DNA from: a virus
Lineage: Duplodnaviria; Caudoviricetes
Reading direction: 5' to 3' (one strand)
DNA: 64,000 nt
Virus record (IMG/VR): IMGVR_UViG_3300027689_000001
Span: 32,001 to 96,000 of that record
Below the pieces are notes generated by a model. That model saw nothing but the letters and a program-made list of their open reading frames with translations, made no database searches and was not told the origin of the DNA. Both the position numbers and the translations under genes were made by a program. Positions 18,812-28,137 of this stretch are shown one piece after another (the stretch's first letter is position 1; each line of letters starts with the position of its first letter).

Positions 18812-20321
18812 ATTTCCTCACAATAATATTGCGAGCAGTGCTTGTAGTCATATTAAACAAATGTAACGGAGAATTGGTATCCAACTTAGTACCAGTCACA
18901 TCGAATACAATATCTTCGTCGATGATTTCATCAGAAAGATATTTATCGAAGCAATAGGCAATCCATCCACAATATAGTGCACGGTCGACTTTATTTTTAG
19001 AAGTCTTAGTTGCACCATCAGGAATAATGCGACGCGAAGTCCACATATTATTCACGTGAGGATTAGTAGTACCATGAATGGAATCTGAAGTTTGCAACTC
19101 GTCCATCATAATGAACAGATTGATCATCGAGGGATATTTCAACGTCGAATAAAATCCATTTACATAGGTTTTATTGGATGGTCGAGTAAACGGAAAATAT
19201 CCTGCTTTTAGATAATCCACCAAACGATTGATACCTTCTATAACCTTGTCGCGTTGCTCACCCTTAGTGGTCATGAGATAACGAATTAGCATTCCCATCA
19301 ATGGAGAAGTCAAAGACTTAGGAACATTATCGCGAGAAATAATATTACCAAGAGTAACAAATTCTTCAATGAAGTAATCAAGAACTTCAGTGGTCTTGAT
19401 TGCCTTTTCCTGCATATCATTCGAGTTAAGTCCCGCGAGATTGATGGGGTCATGTTCACCAACAGGAACATACTGATCGACGGCAACAACTGCAATGTCA
19501 TAAACCTTCTCACCCTTTTGAAAAACTGTAGGGAGATTCAAATGGTAATTCTTGTAACGAAGATAACCGCTCAGTTTTTCAGAGAAAGTTTCCGCAGTAT
19601 CGCTGGAGTCAATTGAGTGGTAAAGACGTTCTGCTTCTTCTTTATCATTTACAGGATAGAAAAGAACAGTCCAATTCTCAGGTTTGACATAATCAGGAAA
19701 CTGAAGGTTGTTATTGAAGATATGAGTTCGCGTGTTACCGTCAAGACGTTCAATTTTTCCGTCAGGATAAACCGCAACTTGCATTATACCATGCGTCGCT
19801 AAAGAAACATGCCCAATTGCACGCTTAGTCTTTTCCCAACGCAATGTTTCATTACGCTGGCACCAGACTGCAGCCCACGACTGAGCAATTTCTGCAGGAA
19901 CATCAGTTCGAACAGAAATCTTTTGACTCTTCAATTCAGCAAAGATTTGGGAAAGATCATAATTAATTACATTAGACGTTGATGTTTCAGATCCAATAAG
20001 AGTATCGATGATACCATTATCATACCAAAGTTTAAGAAGTTCGGTCGACTTCTCTGTCAGTTTCGATCCCTTGCGAAGATTATCTTCACGAGAAATCCAT
20101 TGTAAGTTGTCATCGCGACAAATTACCGAAACTGGGATATTGTGCTCGTAACCAAACTTGATCGAAATAGTATGGTCTAAATTTAATTCTTGACCATAAG
20201 ATCCGATCGGAAGAGGAATATTTTTCTTCTTCAAATCAGTAAGTTCGCGAGCTTTTGTTTCATAAGACTTGTAGTCACTGCTGACAGTGTTAATAAAATT
20301 AATCATAAAAAATACTTTCAT
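18783..20321 (-). CDS. HNH-like nuclease domain fused to a ParB/DGQHR-like domain
   Basis: N-terminal LDHTISIKFGYEHNIP...NLQWISREDNLRKG; central CQRN...VAVYPDG...RLDGNTR; has its own early promoter. Confidence 0.5.
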   Translation of the reverse strand: MKVFFMINFINTVSSDYKSYETKARELTDLKKKNIPLPIGSYGQELNLDHTISIKFGYEHNIPVSVICRDDNLQWISREDNLRKGSKLTEKSTELLKLWYDNGIIDTLIGSETSTSNVINYDLSQIFAELKSQKISVRTDVPAEIAQSWAAVWCQRNETLRWEKTKRAIGHVSLATHGIMQVAVYPDGKIERLDGNTRTHIFNNNLQFPDYVKPENWTVLFYPVNDKEEAERLYHSIDSSDTAETFSEKLSGYLRYKNYHLNLPTVFQKGEKVYDIAVVAVDQYVPVGEHDPINLAGLNSNDMQEKAIKTTEVLDYFIEEFVTLGNIISRDNVPKSLTSPLMGMLIRYLMTTKGEQRDKVIEGINRLVDYLKAGYFPFTRPSNKTYVNGFYSTLKYPSMINLFIMMDELQTSDSIHGTTNPHVNNMWTSRRIIPDGATKTSKNKVDRALYCGWIAYCFDKYLSDEIIDEDIVFDVTGTKLDTNSPLHLFNMTTSTARNIIVRKYESFWDRSI

Positions 20322-20425
20322 TGTAAACTACGAAAGGAATTTGCGTGGTGAACCATTAACGGTTGTGACAAATCAACATTCGGAGTTTTGTTTCATGTAA
20401 TAAGGGACATCCTCATTACAATACC

Positions 20426-20454
20426 ATTATACTAAACTTTACAGGGAAAGTAAA
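20426..20454 (-). promoter_or_regulatory. early promoter TTTACT-N17-TATAAT
   Basis: Overlaps the 3' end of the GNAT gene and points at the 18783-20321 gene. Confidence 0.65.
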
Positions 20455-20984
20455 TGGTTTTCTTCAATTTTTACAAATACTTTTACGCATCCACCCTTAC
20501 CTTTTCTATATACTGCTTTATTAATAACAGTATCGTTGATGTCATATAAACCATCGCGGTAGGTTGGACCATTGAGTTTGAACATAGACAGTTGACTGCC
20601 TGACTTCTGCTCACCGAGGAAAGTGAATCCACATTTCTCGTAGAATTGCACTGCATCTGCTTCTGCTGACACTCGGAAGTATGTGGCATTGTATCGATGC
20701 GCTTCAGCAATGGCAAAGTCACATAACGTCCTACCAACACCCTTGCCCCGCGAAGCATAGAATGTATGGAGCAACTGCAGGTTAGCAATGACGGGAGTTC
20801 GCTTAGAGAATGATACGATGATGGCGCCGAGAAGATTATCATCTTCCCAGACGCCCATACAGTTATCCCAGAGTTCTTGCATGTCTGCCTTTGCGACAAA
20901 AGTCTTTGCAAAGGAATCTTGCTTCTGAGTTGTAATATGTTTAGTAAATTCCTCGCGGGTTGTCGAACGCAACCTAGACAACAT
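20439..20984 (-). CDS. GNAT family acetyltransferase
   Basis: RGKGVGRTL acetyl-CoA motif A and AVQFYEKCGF motif B; start at MLSRL (20984) overlapping the amidoligase stop. Confidence 0.85.
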   Translation of the reverse strand: MLSRLRSTTREEFTKHITTQKQDSFAKTFVAKADMQELWDNCMGVWEDDNLLGAIIVSFSKRTPVIANLQLLHTFYASRGKGVGRTLCDFAIAEAHRYNATYFRVSAEADAVQFYEKCGFTFLGEQKSGSQLSMFKLNGPTYRDGLYDINDTVINKAVYRKGKGGCVKVFVKIEENHLLSL

Positions 20985-21858
20985 CGTGGAATTCTCGTTT
21001 CTTTTCACCACGAGACTTATCATACTTGGTTTTAATCCAACCAGCATATTCATTTAGATCCCAGATGAATGGTGGGAACTTGAAATCATTGTTAGCAAGG
21101 ATTTCTTTGACACTCGGTCCATCATTCAATGCTGCATCAATAAATGCAGTTGCAAACTTGAACTGATCTTCCATCTCACGACGATTTACAGTTGAACGGA
21201 AGCAACGGAACTCAATTGTGCCAGTATGCTTCATGCAATACATGTTGATCGCATAACGGAAGGGTCGACCCATCGAAACGCCATCTTTACCTGCTGCATG
21301 CATCTTGATAAACGAATTAAAATCTGTTGCAAGGTTGGCAATATTGTCACACATGTAATCAGGCATCTCACGACCACCGTCGAACTTGAGATATGTTGTA
21401 GCACCCTTTGCCGACTTCATACCACCACCATCGCGGAACTGGTAACATGCTTCGATAGTGTCTTTCTGATTTACCTTGATATATGCAGTGAGACGCTTCA
21501 ATGCATCAATGTCATCTTTCAGTCCTGGAACAAAAACGTGAAGGTGACCATGATTGACACAGGAAGCAGTTGGTTCATTACCAAAATCTTCGAACAGCAG
21601 ATGAATGTCCATGATACGATCAACCTGCTCCTCCCACGTACGAGTAGGTTTGGTATTAATCTCACCACCGAAGGCAGGTTCCTTCCCCAACGGATCACAA
21701 GCGATGTAGCGATAGGGTGCATGAATGTTTACAATATCAGTTTCCGCAAACTCCCATGCACCAAGTTCTTCTGGAATTTCAACGCGACGATCTATGTCAC
21801 CCCACTCAATTTCGTACCCATAAGTGAAGTCTTCAGGATTATATTTCATATTTACCAT
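20974..21858 (-). CDS. putative amidoligase (COOH-NH2 ligase, Amidoligase_2-like)
   Basis: FTYGYEIEW, GEINTKP, GHLHV, RYAIN and GTIEFRCF. Confidence 0.8.
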   Translation of the reverse strand: MVNMKYNPEDFTYGYEIEWGDIDRRVEIPEELGAWEFAETDIVNIHAPYRYIACDPLGKEPAFGGEINTKPTRTWEEQVDRIMDIHLLFEDFGNEPTASCVNHGHLHVFVPGLKDDIDALKRLTAYIKVNQKDTIEACYQFRDGGGMKSAKGATTYLKFDGGREMPDYMCDNIANLATDFNSFIKMHAAGKDGVSMGRPFRYAINMYCMKHTGTIEFRCFRSTVNRREMEDQFKFATAFIDAALNDGPSVKEILANNDFKFPPFIWDLNEYAGWIKTKYDKSRGEKKREFHDVV

Positions 21859-22534
21859 ATTGCAAGTCCTTATTGTTAGTATTTACCGCTGTTTCAGTAA
21901 TTTCACCATTAGAAACAGTATAAACTATATTCATGTTACAGTCAATAGTTTTTTCTACACCTGCACGATTAAAAATATCATGTGTAGAAGCAACAATTAC
22001 GCCATTTTCAGTTCTATACTGTGTAAGTGGGCGTTTACCGTTGCGGTAGAAGCGAAAAATCTTGTCAGAATGAACTTCACACGCTGAAATTGACGCATCA
22101 GGCCAACGTTCAAGTGGATTTTCACCATTTTCAACGGTTTTTAGCAAAAGTTCGCTGTCATTTCGTGTTTCAGTCGCGTAAGAACTGATTTTTGACCAAT
22201 TTTCGGGCAATTCTTGTGTAATTACACCATTATGAACGATTGCAACCTTGTCAGTGAACAATGGTTGGTTAAATTCTAGGTCTGAAGTGCTATAACGACA
22301 GTGTGCAACCATGTAAAGGTTGCCATCTTCATTCAGCATGCTATACATGTCAATGCCATCAAGGAATTCATCTGCTGGAAGTGGTGCTTTGATGGTAAAG
22401 ATGTGATTTTTACGAACAAACGACACACCTGTTGCGTGCAATCCCCGAATACGAGACTCAGAGATAACACGCTTCAGGAGCATCATGTCTTCAGCACTGG
22501 GATTTCTAAGAAATGCTCCAACAACACCACACAT
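21839..22534 (-). CDS. class II (Ntn) glutamine amidotransferase
   Basis: N-terminal MCGVVG, RG..ATG, HCRYST, NQP, VHNGVI and NDSE. Confidence 0.9.
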   Translation of the reverse strand: MCGVVGAFLRNPSAEDMMLLKRVISESRIRGLHATGVSFVRKNHIFTIKAPLPADEFLDGIDMYSMLNEDGNLYMVAHCRYSTSDLEFNQPLFTDKVAIVHNGVITQELPENWSKISSYATETRNDSELLLKTVENGENPLERWPDASISACEVHSDKIFRFYRNGKRPLTQYRTENGVIVASTHDIFNRAGVEKTIDCNMNIVYTVSNGEITETAVNTNNKDLQYGKYEI

Positions 22535-23871
22535 TAGAACAAATCTGCCAATGAAGACTCCACCGTGAACGCTGTAGGGTGATACTTCTCTAAGATTTCA
22601 GTGCCCATCTTGTTCTCGAGATATTCATACCACTCAGGTTCGTCCCACATTCCAGGCGAAACGCCATTCCAGAGTGGGCGATAGAACTTGTGGTTACGAT
22701 CCATTCGACGATCGGTTACAAACTGTTCACGAGTCTGCTCATATTCCCATGGTCCAAGATCTAGCATTGCTTCGCGAAAATAGCAAACCAACGAAATACG
22801 TTCAGCATCTGGAGTATCTAGAACAATCTCAGTATTAGCATGCATAATCTCGTGATTGTTAACCAGCAAAAGATCTCCTGGCCGAACATTCACTGCCATA
22901 CGATATTCTGGGAATACCAGATAACCACCAGTATAGTTACCCTTACCAACTACGAGAAGATTCGACAATCCACTGTCTAGATCGCCAGCATCTCGGTGAC
23001 ACGCAGTGCGGAAAGTCTTGTTAACGGTAATGGTGGTAAACACTGTCTCGGGAACGAGGAAGCGAGGGTCCAACTTGTCTGCCGCTGCTCGCTGATTACC
23101 CCAACGCCATGGTAGGAGTTCCTTAAAACCTCTGTCCAGCGACTGGAGGAACGGGAACGAGAGAGCAAACTTCTCTGGTTCATCGCGAGTGTATGAGGTG
23201 GCGCGACCGAAGGGAATGCGAGGATAACGGTCGAACCATCCAGCAACGCCAGAAAATACTGACTTCGCGTAGTTGGTCTGTGAAACCCACTTAGTGGCAA
23301 TCATCTTCGCTTCTTCTGCGCACTGTTCCTTGGTCTTATTATGAAGACCGTCGACCCACTTGTCAAACCATCCGAAGTATTCGGGATATGTCTTACAGAC
23401 CTGACTGCGCAACCAGACTTGACCACGAGTCTCGTCCTCAGTAGAACGACCTGCGCCTTCATACTTCTTACGAATGGACTCAATGGAAAGGTCATCAATC
23501 AAACGACCGTCTGTATTTAGCAGGAAGTCTAGAACCTCGAGTTCGTAACTGGTAACCCAATCACGTCCACCGCGACCTTCGACACCGAGAAGTTCTCCGC
23601 GAGGTCCAGCAGCGAGTCCACGATTCTGGGATTCTTTTGCTGCCTCGCGGAGACCGATGTATGCTGAATCTCGTTCTTCCTGTGTAAACCAGTTCTTGCG
23701 GAACTTGAACGCAATACGCTGCTCATTCCCAAGACTGGGTGAACCCATGACCGATTCCATGTAGCAATCTGTGTCTTCATTAATAACAATATCATAATGA
23801 CTGTCATCAACATATTGACCAAGCAAATGCTCACAATCGAGTTTAGAATCTGCAACAATAATTCTTACCAT
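22534..23871 (-). CDS. TET/JBP-family 2OG-Fe(II) dioxygenase (5-methylpyrimidine dioxygenase)
   Basis: TVFTTITVNKTFRTACHRDAGD (HxD), GGYLVFPEY..AV.VRPGDLL, MHANT (distal His) and RISLVCYFRE. Confidence 0.8.
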   Translation of the reverse strand: MVRIIVADSKLDCEHLLGQYVDDSHYDIVINEDTDCYMESVMGSPSLGNEQRIAFKFRKNWFTQEERDSAYIGLREAAKESQNRGLAAGPRGELLGVEGRGGRDWVTSYELEVLDFLLNTDGRLIDDLSIESIRKKYEGAGRSTEDETRGQVWLRSQVCKTYPEYFGWFDKWVDGLHNKTKEQCAEEAKMIATKWVSQTNYAKSVFSGVAGWFDRYPRIPFGRATSYTRDEPEKFALSFPFLQSLDRGFKELLPWRWGNQRAAADKLDPRFLVPETVFTTITVNKTFRTACHRDAGDLDSGLSNLLVVGKGNYTGGYLVFPEYRMAVNVRPGDLLLVNNHEIMHANTEIVLDTPDAERISLVCYFREAMLDLGPWEYEQTREQFVTDRRMDRNHKFYRPLWNGVSPGMWDEPEWYEYLENKMGTEILEKYHPTAFTVESSLADLF

Positions 23872-23911
23872 AATATCTCCAAAACTTTCTTACATTATAT
23901 GTAGGCGACTT

Positions 23912-24379
23912 TTAAACCGCATTGTGTGCAATCCACTTATGATTTAAACCTACTTCGCGACCATATGCTTCGATCTCCCAAGGAGCATCGAAATAGGCAT
24001 CTTCCTTGCCCTTGGGTTTCCAGATCTGTCCCATCCACTTGCTGTAGATTTTAAGTCCACCACGTGCGGCGACCGCATGTCCTGTCGCGAGTTCGTTCTT
24101 GGCATGCTGCTTGACGTGAACCATCTCGTGACCAAGAACCTTGATCATCTCATCGATATCTTGGTTCTTCAGACCGATGGTGAACCATCGTGGGTTCTTC
24201 GTGCCGTCCTCATCGACACACTCGCCCTCAAGGTCAAAGTTTTTCCAAACTTCGATATCTAGTGTTAGGTTACGAACCATCCGAGGATCCATTAGTTGCG
24301 CCGCAAAAAACTCTGCTGCTTCGATTAACTTCGCCTTTTCCTTGCGCTTACCAACCATACCTGTTACTGTGATATCCAT
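23912..24379 (-). CDS. zincin-like metallopeptidase (HEXXH), early gene
   Basis: LGHEMVHVKQ and YFDAPWEIEAY. Confidence 0.7.
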   Translation of the reverse strand: MDITVTGMVGKRKEKAKLIEAAEFFAAQLMDPRMVRNLTLDIEVWKNFDLEGECVDEDGTKNPRWFTIGLKNQDIDEMIKVLGHEMVHVKQHAKNELATGHAVAARGGLKIYSKWMGQIWKPKGKEDAYFDAPWEIEAYGREVGLNHKWIAHNAV

Positions 24380-24407
24380 AATCAATTCCTTCATAACCAA
24401 TACAGAC

Positions 24408-24436
24408 AGTATACCCTAAAACGAGGCAGAAGTCAA
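24408..24436 (-). promoter_or_regulatory. early promoter TTGACT-N17-TATACT
   Basis: Consensus match. Confidence 0.8.
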
Positions 24437-24642
24437 GCCCCTAAATCATCGAGGAGACGATTAATTATATCTTCGAAGTCATCATCAGGGTGAAGGCGAT
24501 AGTCAATAGAGACGCTTTGATAGAGATCATTGACATACTCAAAGAGTTCGTTGCCATGACTTCCAGAGATACAATCATAGATGTAGTCGAATGCATCAGG
24601 CGCATTGGCGAGACCACGAGCGAGGACTTGTTGTTCAATCAT
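24433..24642 (-). CDS. hypothetical early protein
   Basis: Lies between two early promoters; AGGA SD; LHPDDDFE motif. Confidence 0.7.
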   Translation of the reverse strand: MIEQQVLARGLANAPDAFDYIYDCISGSHGNELFEYVNDLYQSVSIDYRLHPDDDFEDIINRLLDDLGA

Positions 24643-24670
24643 TTTATTTTCCTTTTCAAATTATATACAC

Positions 24671-24699
24671 AGTATACCCCAAAATGAAGATAAAGTCAA
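24671..24699 (-). promoter_or_regulatory. early promoter TTGACT-N17-TATACT
   Basis: Consensus match; downstream leader near-identical to that of the 38175 promoter. Confidence 0.8.
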
Positions 24700-24703
24700 G
24701 CCC

Positions 24704-25171
24704 CTAATTTGCTAATTTGTATTTTATTCTTGCAGATAAAGATTCATATGTCTCATCGAAGATGGATATCTTGAGCATAATACGCTCGGTATCTCCGTTC
24801 GTCACGGAGTGTGGCAATGTAGTGTTTAGCAATGCTTGTTGATACGTATAGTCAATACCCTCAACGGTAATCGGAGCAGGATTCTCGGTTATGATCAGAT
24901 TGATAGAACACTGCGTCCCATTGTCTACATGCTGCGGTATATCTGCGAAAGGTTCTAACCAATAGAATCTTGGACTTCCATCAACTTCGAAATCGCGCAT
25001 TATCTTATCGATATGCTCATCAGTATATCGCCCAATATACCAATCCTCTTTCCTTTGTCCTGGATACCGCGAATCAGTATATGGTTCAGCACACAGTTTC
25101 GCATTCACTGCTGACTGTAGTAGAGCGACAGTGTCCAAAGGATAATCTAGTAGAGTAAGTGGATTTGTCAT
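24704..25171 (-). CDS. 2OG-Fe(II)/cupin-like protein
   Basis: PQHVD (HxD), CSINL, PHSV and RIMLK. Confidence 0.55.
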   Translation of the reverse strand: MTNPLTLLDYPLDTVALLQSAVNAKLCAEPYTDSRYPGQRKEDWYIGRYTDEHIDKIMRDFEVDGSPRFYWLEPFADIPQHVDNGTQCSINLIITENPAPITVEGIDYTYQQALLNTTLPHSVTNGDTERIMLKISIFDETYESLSARIKYKLAN

Positions 25172-25983
25172 ACTTTATCTAAGAATTTCTGAGTGACTGC
25201 TTCGTGCCATTCTTTTCCTGGATGCATCAGATCTCGACCCATTGTTCCCGTCCATCCTTGGTCAGTCATAAGAGTTGTTAACTCTATTTTATCCAGAGGT
25301 TTTTCTATGAGTGCTGCACCGATGCTGTTGCATATAGACTGCACACCCAAGGAACACTTCAATAGGTTCATTTCGGCATTAGCAGGGTGCGACAACCAAG
25401 TATTATAAAACGGTTCAACCTTTTCTCTGACGCCAGTTCTTTCAAGATGCTTCAAATAGTTTGGCATTAATTGAATAATCGCTTTGTCCGCCAATATCTC
25501 CATTCTTCCCCCGTAGGGTGTGAGCATCATCACATATTTCGGACGAAGTCTAGGGATCCAGTGGTGCGCCAAACGGAAACACATATCGGGTCCACCACCT
25601 CCCACACCAAGGTTATATCGACGAAGTCCAAGTCTGCTCGCCACTTTATACGCCCAAGTACTCTCCAAATCTACGCCAATACCGACAGTAAGGGAGCAAC
25701 CGAGGAAAAGCACGGAGTCGTCTGGTTCGTAAGTAAACTCCTCCGAGCGAAACCCGTCTTTGTTAAAGGTATACGTAATATTGTCTTTCGTCCACCCGTT
25801 CTTCTCCAGCAATGCACGCTGCTTCGGGTCTGCCATGTTCTGGTCGAACAGTTCTTCGAAGTCACTGGGGCACCAATTAACTGTCGTGTCGATATACTTG
25901 TTTAAACCATACCAACTCTGCCCGTAACTATCACATGTTTCACTCACTAGCAAATCTCCCCTTTGTAATATCTTTCCACTCAT
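25168..25983 (-). CDS. SGNH-like hypothetical protein
   Basis: FLGCSLTVGIG, NLGVGG and RDLMHPG. Confidence 0.6.
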   Translation of the reverse strand: MSGKILQRGDLLVSETCDSYGQSWYGLNKYIDTTVNWCPSDFEELFDQNMADPKQRALLEKNGWTKDNITYTFNKDGFRSEEFTYEPDDSVLFLGCSLTVGIGVDLESTWAYKVASRLGLRRYNLGVGGGGPDMCFRLAHHWIPRLRPKYVMMLTPYGGRMEILADKAIIQLMPNYLKHLERTGVREKVEPFYNTWLSHPANAEMNLLKCSLGVQSICNSIGAALIEKPLDKIELTTLMTDQGWTGTMGRDLMHPGKEWHEAVTQKFLDKV

Positions 25984-26578
25984 CTGGTGATACTCTTTCC
26001 TTATTCGCCATAAAATCCTTATAGAGATCTACCTCATTCTGCAACTCCTCTAGGGAATATCCCACATTCTCCACATATACATCCTCTGCTGTAACAGAAT
26101 CTCCGACATACGAATCCGTGCGACGAGACTGAAAGAGTTCGTCTCTTCTAGGAACATAGTTATTCAGTTCGTAGAAGTCTATAATACGAAAATTCACTCC
26201 CACCAAGATATTATACATGTATGGAAAGGAGTGAGAATATAACGCATGCAGAGATTGTCTATAGTTTTCTTTCCCAAGTTCGACAGCATATCTAAAGGTC
26301 TTCGCCTCACTCCACTCATCCTCAGCGAGAGCAACCAAATCCCTATGCATGTCTGTAGTCAGTAGTATCATGTCTTGTGTAGCATAGGAAGTCGCAGACC
26401 TAACACGATCCAATGGATGGCGAAGAACTACGATGGGATTGTGGTGTTCTTTCCATTCCTTTACGCTATGTGTATGCATCTCAGAATACGCTTCCATACC
26501 ATGATAGTAATACATGTTGGTATGCCCACAGCGAGTCGCTGCTAGTATCGCGTATTTACTGTTACATCGAATGAACAT
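25940..26578 (-). CDS. sulfotransferase-like protein (paralog A)
   Basis: RCGHTNM (5'-PSB-like) and VLRHPLDRVRS (3'-PB-like). Confidence 0.5.
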   Translation of the reverse strand: MFIRCNSKYAILAATRCGHTNMYYYHGMEAYSEMHTHSVKEWKEHHNPIVVLRHPLDRVRSATSYATQDMILLTTDMHRDLVALAEDEWSEAKTFRYAVELGKENYRQSLHALYSHSFPYMYNILVGVNFRIIDFYELNNYVPRRDELFQSRRTDSYVGDSVTAEDVYVENVGYSLEELQNEVDLYKDFMANKERVSPDEWKDITKGRFASE

Positions 26579-27095
26579 GGTTATCTCTCTGTGTGTTCGT
26601 CAATTTTTTCCATTCTTCTACTGATACTCTGTCCTTGGTTACCATAAATTCGTTATAGATGTCCAATTCGGTTTGCAACATCTGAAAGGAGTAGAACTCA
26701 TTCGCGACATAAACATCCTCAATCGTTGCATCTCCGACACGCGAATTGCTGCGATATGACTGCATCTTTTCCCTAGGAATATACTGCTCAAGGTCATAAA
26801 AATCTATGATGCGAAAATCAAATCCTATCATATTGTGCATATAGGGTAAAGAGTGTGTACCAAAAATTATGAGATTTTGTTCCTCATCCTTAATAAGTTC
26901 GCAATACGCTGCAGCAGACATCACACGGTCTAAAGGATTACGAAGAACTACTATAGGATTGTGATGCTCTTTCCAATGCCGAAAAAGAAACCCAGTGTCA
27001 GAATGTAGTGCCCGACCGAAGTAATGATACATGTTGGTATGCCCACAGCGAAGTTTCACCATGACAGCACAATTACTGGAGCAGAGAATAAACAT
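26562..27095 (-). CDS. sulfotransferase-like protein (paralog B)
   Basis: RCGHTNM and VLRNPLDRVMS; similar to paralog A at the DNA level. Confidence 0.5.
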   Translation of the reverse strand: MFILCSSNCAVMVKLRCGHTNMYHYFGRALHSDTGFLFRHWKEHHNPIVVLRNPLDRVMSAAAYCELIKDEEQNLIIFGTHSLPYMHNMIGFDFRIIDFYDLEQYIPREKMQSYRSNSRVGDATIEDVYVANEFYSFQMLQTELDIYNEFMVTKDRVSVEEWKKLTNTQRDNHVHSM

Positions 27096-27281
27096 GTTGA
27101 ACCTTTTCGAACCCTGTATCTGGCCGCAAAAAAATTAAAGACGCATTATATAGGAAAGTGTGTAGCGGGAGAGCGATTGCGTTTTTCAGACGATGTTAAA
27201 GCAAGTCGTCGCTTAACCCCTCGCACCGCTCGGGTACCTTGTCCAACTTTCCATAGCTCACTTTCTCTAGAGCCAGTACTA

Positions 27282-27524
27282 CTACACGCCACGAGGGACG
27301 CGAAGGAGGCGCATTACATCTTTGTCAAGATAGTTACCCACAGCGGACCACTGACGGAAGGCGACACACTCGGTCGCTCGAGCAGCGCAACGGTCGATGT
27401 TGGCGCAACCCTCACAGGGAACATCGCGGACGTTCTCTGGGGTGTTCAGGGGAAGGAGGGCATTCGCTGATCGACCCTTGATGTAATCTTGTTCACAACC
27501 AACTGAGAAATATTCGGTATTCAT
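27282..27524 (-). CDS. small Cys-rich hypothetical protein
   Basis: PCEGC..IDRC...EC..F pattern; AGGA SD. Confidence 0.6.
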   Translation of the reverse strand: MNTEYFSVGCEQDYIKGRSANALLPLNTPENVRDVPCEGCANIDRCAARATECVAFRQWSAVGNYLDKDVMRLLRVPRGV

Positions 27525-27542
27525 AATAACTTTTCCTTTGCT

Positions 27543-27686
27543 TTATTGTGAATCAATTTCTATTATCCTGTCCCAATTTATGCTGTACGGTAATTTTAGG
27601 TCTCTAAACTCTATGAGCTGTGCTACCTTGTCGGTCGCTTGTTGATATATCTTATAAACGTCTGCTAGGGTGTATTCGTAAGCCAT
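27543..27686 (-). CDS. small hypothetical early protein (47 aa)
   Basis: MAYEYTLADVYK... downstream of an early promoter with AAGGA SD. Confidence 0.55.
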   Translation of the reverse strand: MAYEYTLADVYKIYQQATDKVAQLIEFRDLKLPYSINWDRIIEIDSQ

Positions 27687-27719
27687 AATTTAATCCTTCA
27701 TTTCATAGACGACATAGTC

Positions 27720-27748
27720 AGTATACCTCGATTTGCTGTATAAGTCAA
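27720..27748 (-). promoter_or_regulatory. early promoter TTGACT-N17-TATACT
   Basis: Consensus match; shares a 26-bp -10/leader block with the 14274 promoter. Confidence 0.8.
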
Positions 27749-27780
27749 CACTTTTCTTCATCTTTCTACAAATAAAATGA

Positions 27781-27806
27781 TCCCCCTGCCATCGCTGACA
27801 GAGGGA
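27781..27806 (-). terminator. intrinsic terminator
   Basis: TCCCTCTGTCA-GCGA-TGGCAGGGGGA (11-bp stem with G-U pairs, GNRA loop) followed by a T-rich tract. Confidence 0.65.
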
Positions 27807-27843
27807 CCAGTAGGTGCACAGAGAGAGAAAGGAAGGAAACTCC

Positions 27844-28137
27844 CTATGCAGTAACACCAAATTCTTCGTCAACCCACGCCTGTCGACGAGCATCAGCACG
27901 CTTGTTGTATTCGCGCACTTCGATCTTCTGGTTGGTGTAGTCCACCGCAGAGACCAGTTCGTCGATCCCGTCCTTGGCGACCGCAGCAAGCACTGTCTCG
28001 AGGTAACCAGCAACGTAAGAGTAGTGATTCCCCGAGAGGTCCAGCAGGTTGTTTACCAACTGCCGAGCGAGTTCGGAGGAGGTGTAGACACGAGTCACAG
28101 CAGGGTGAGTGTAAGGGACAAAATCAGTCATAATCAA
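27844..28137 (-). CDS. hypothetical early protein
   Basis: 97-aa ORF coupled to the upstream gene. Confidence 0.6.
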   Translation of the reverse strand: MIMTDFVPYTHPAVTRVYTSSELARQLVNNLLDLSGNHYSYVAGYLETVLAAVAKDGIDELVSAVDYTNQKIEVREYNKRADARRQAWVDEEFGVTA

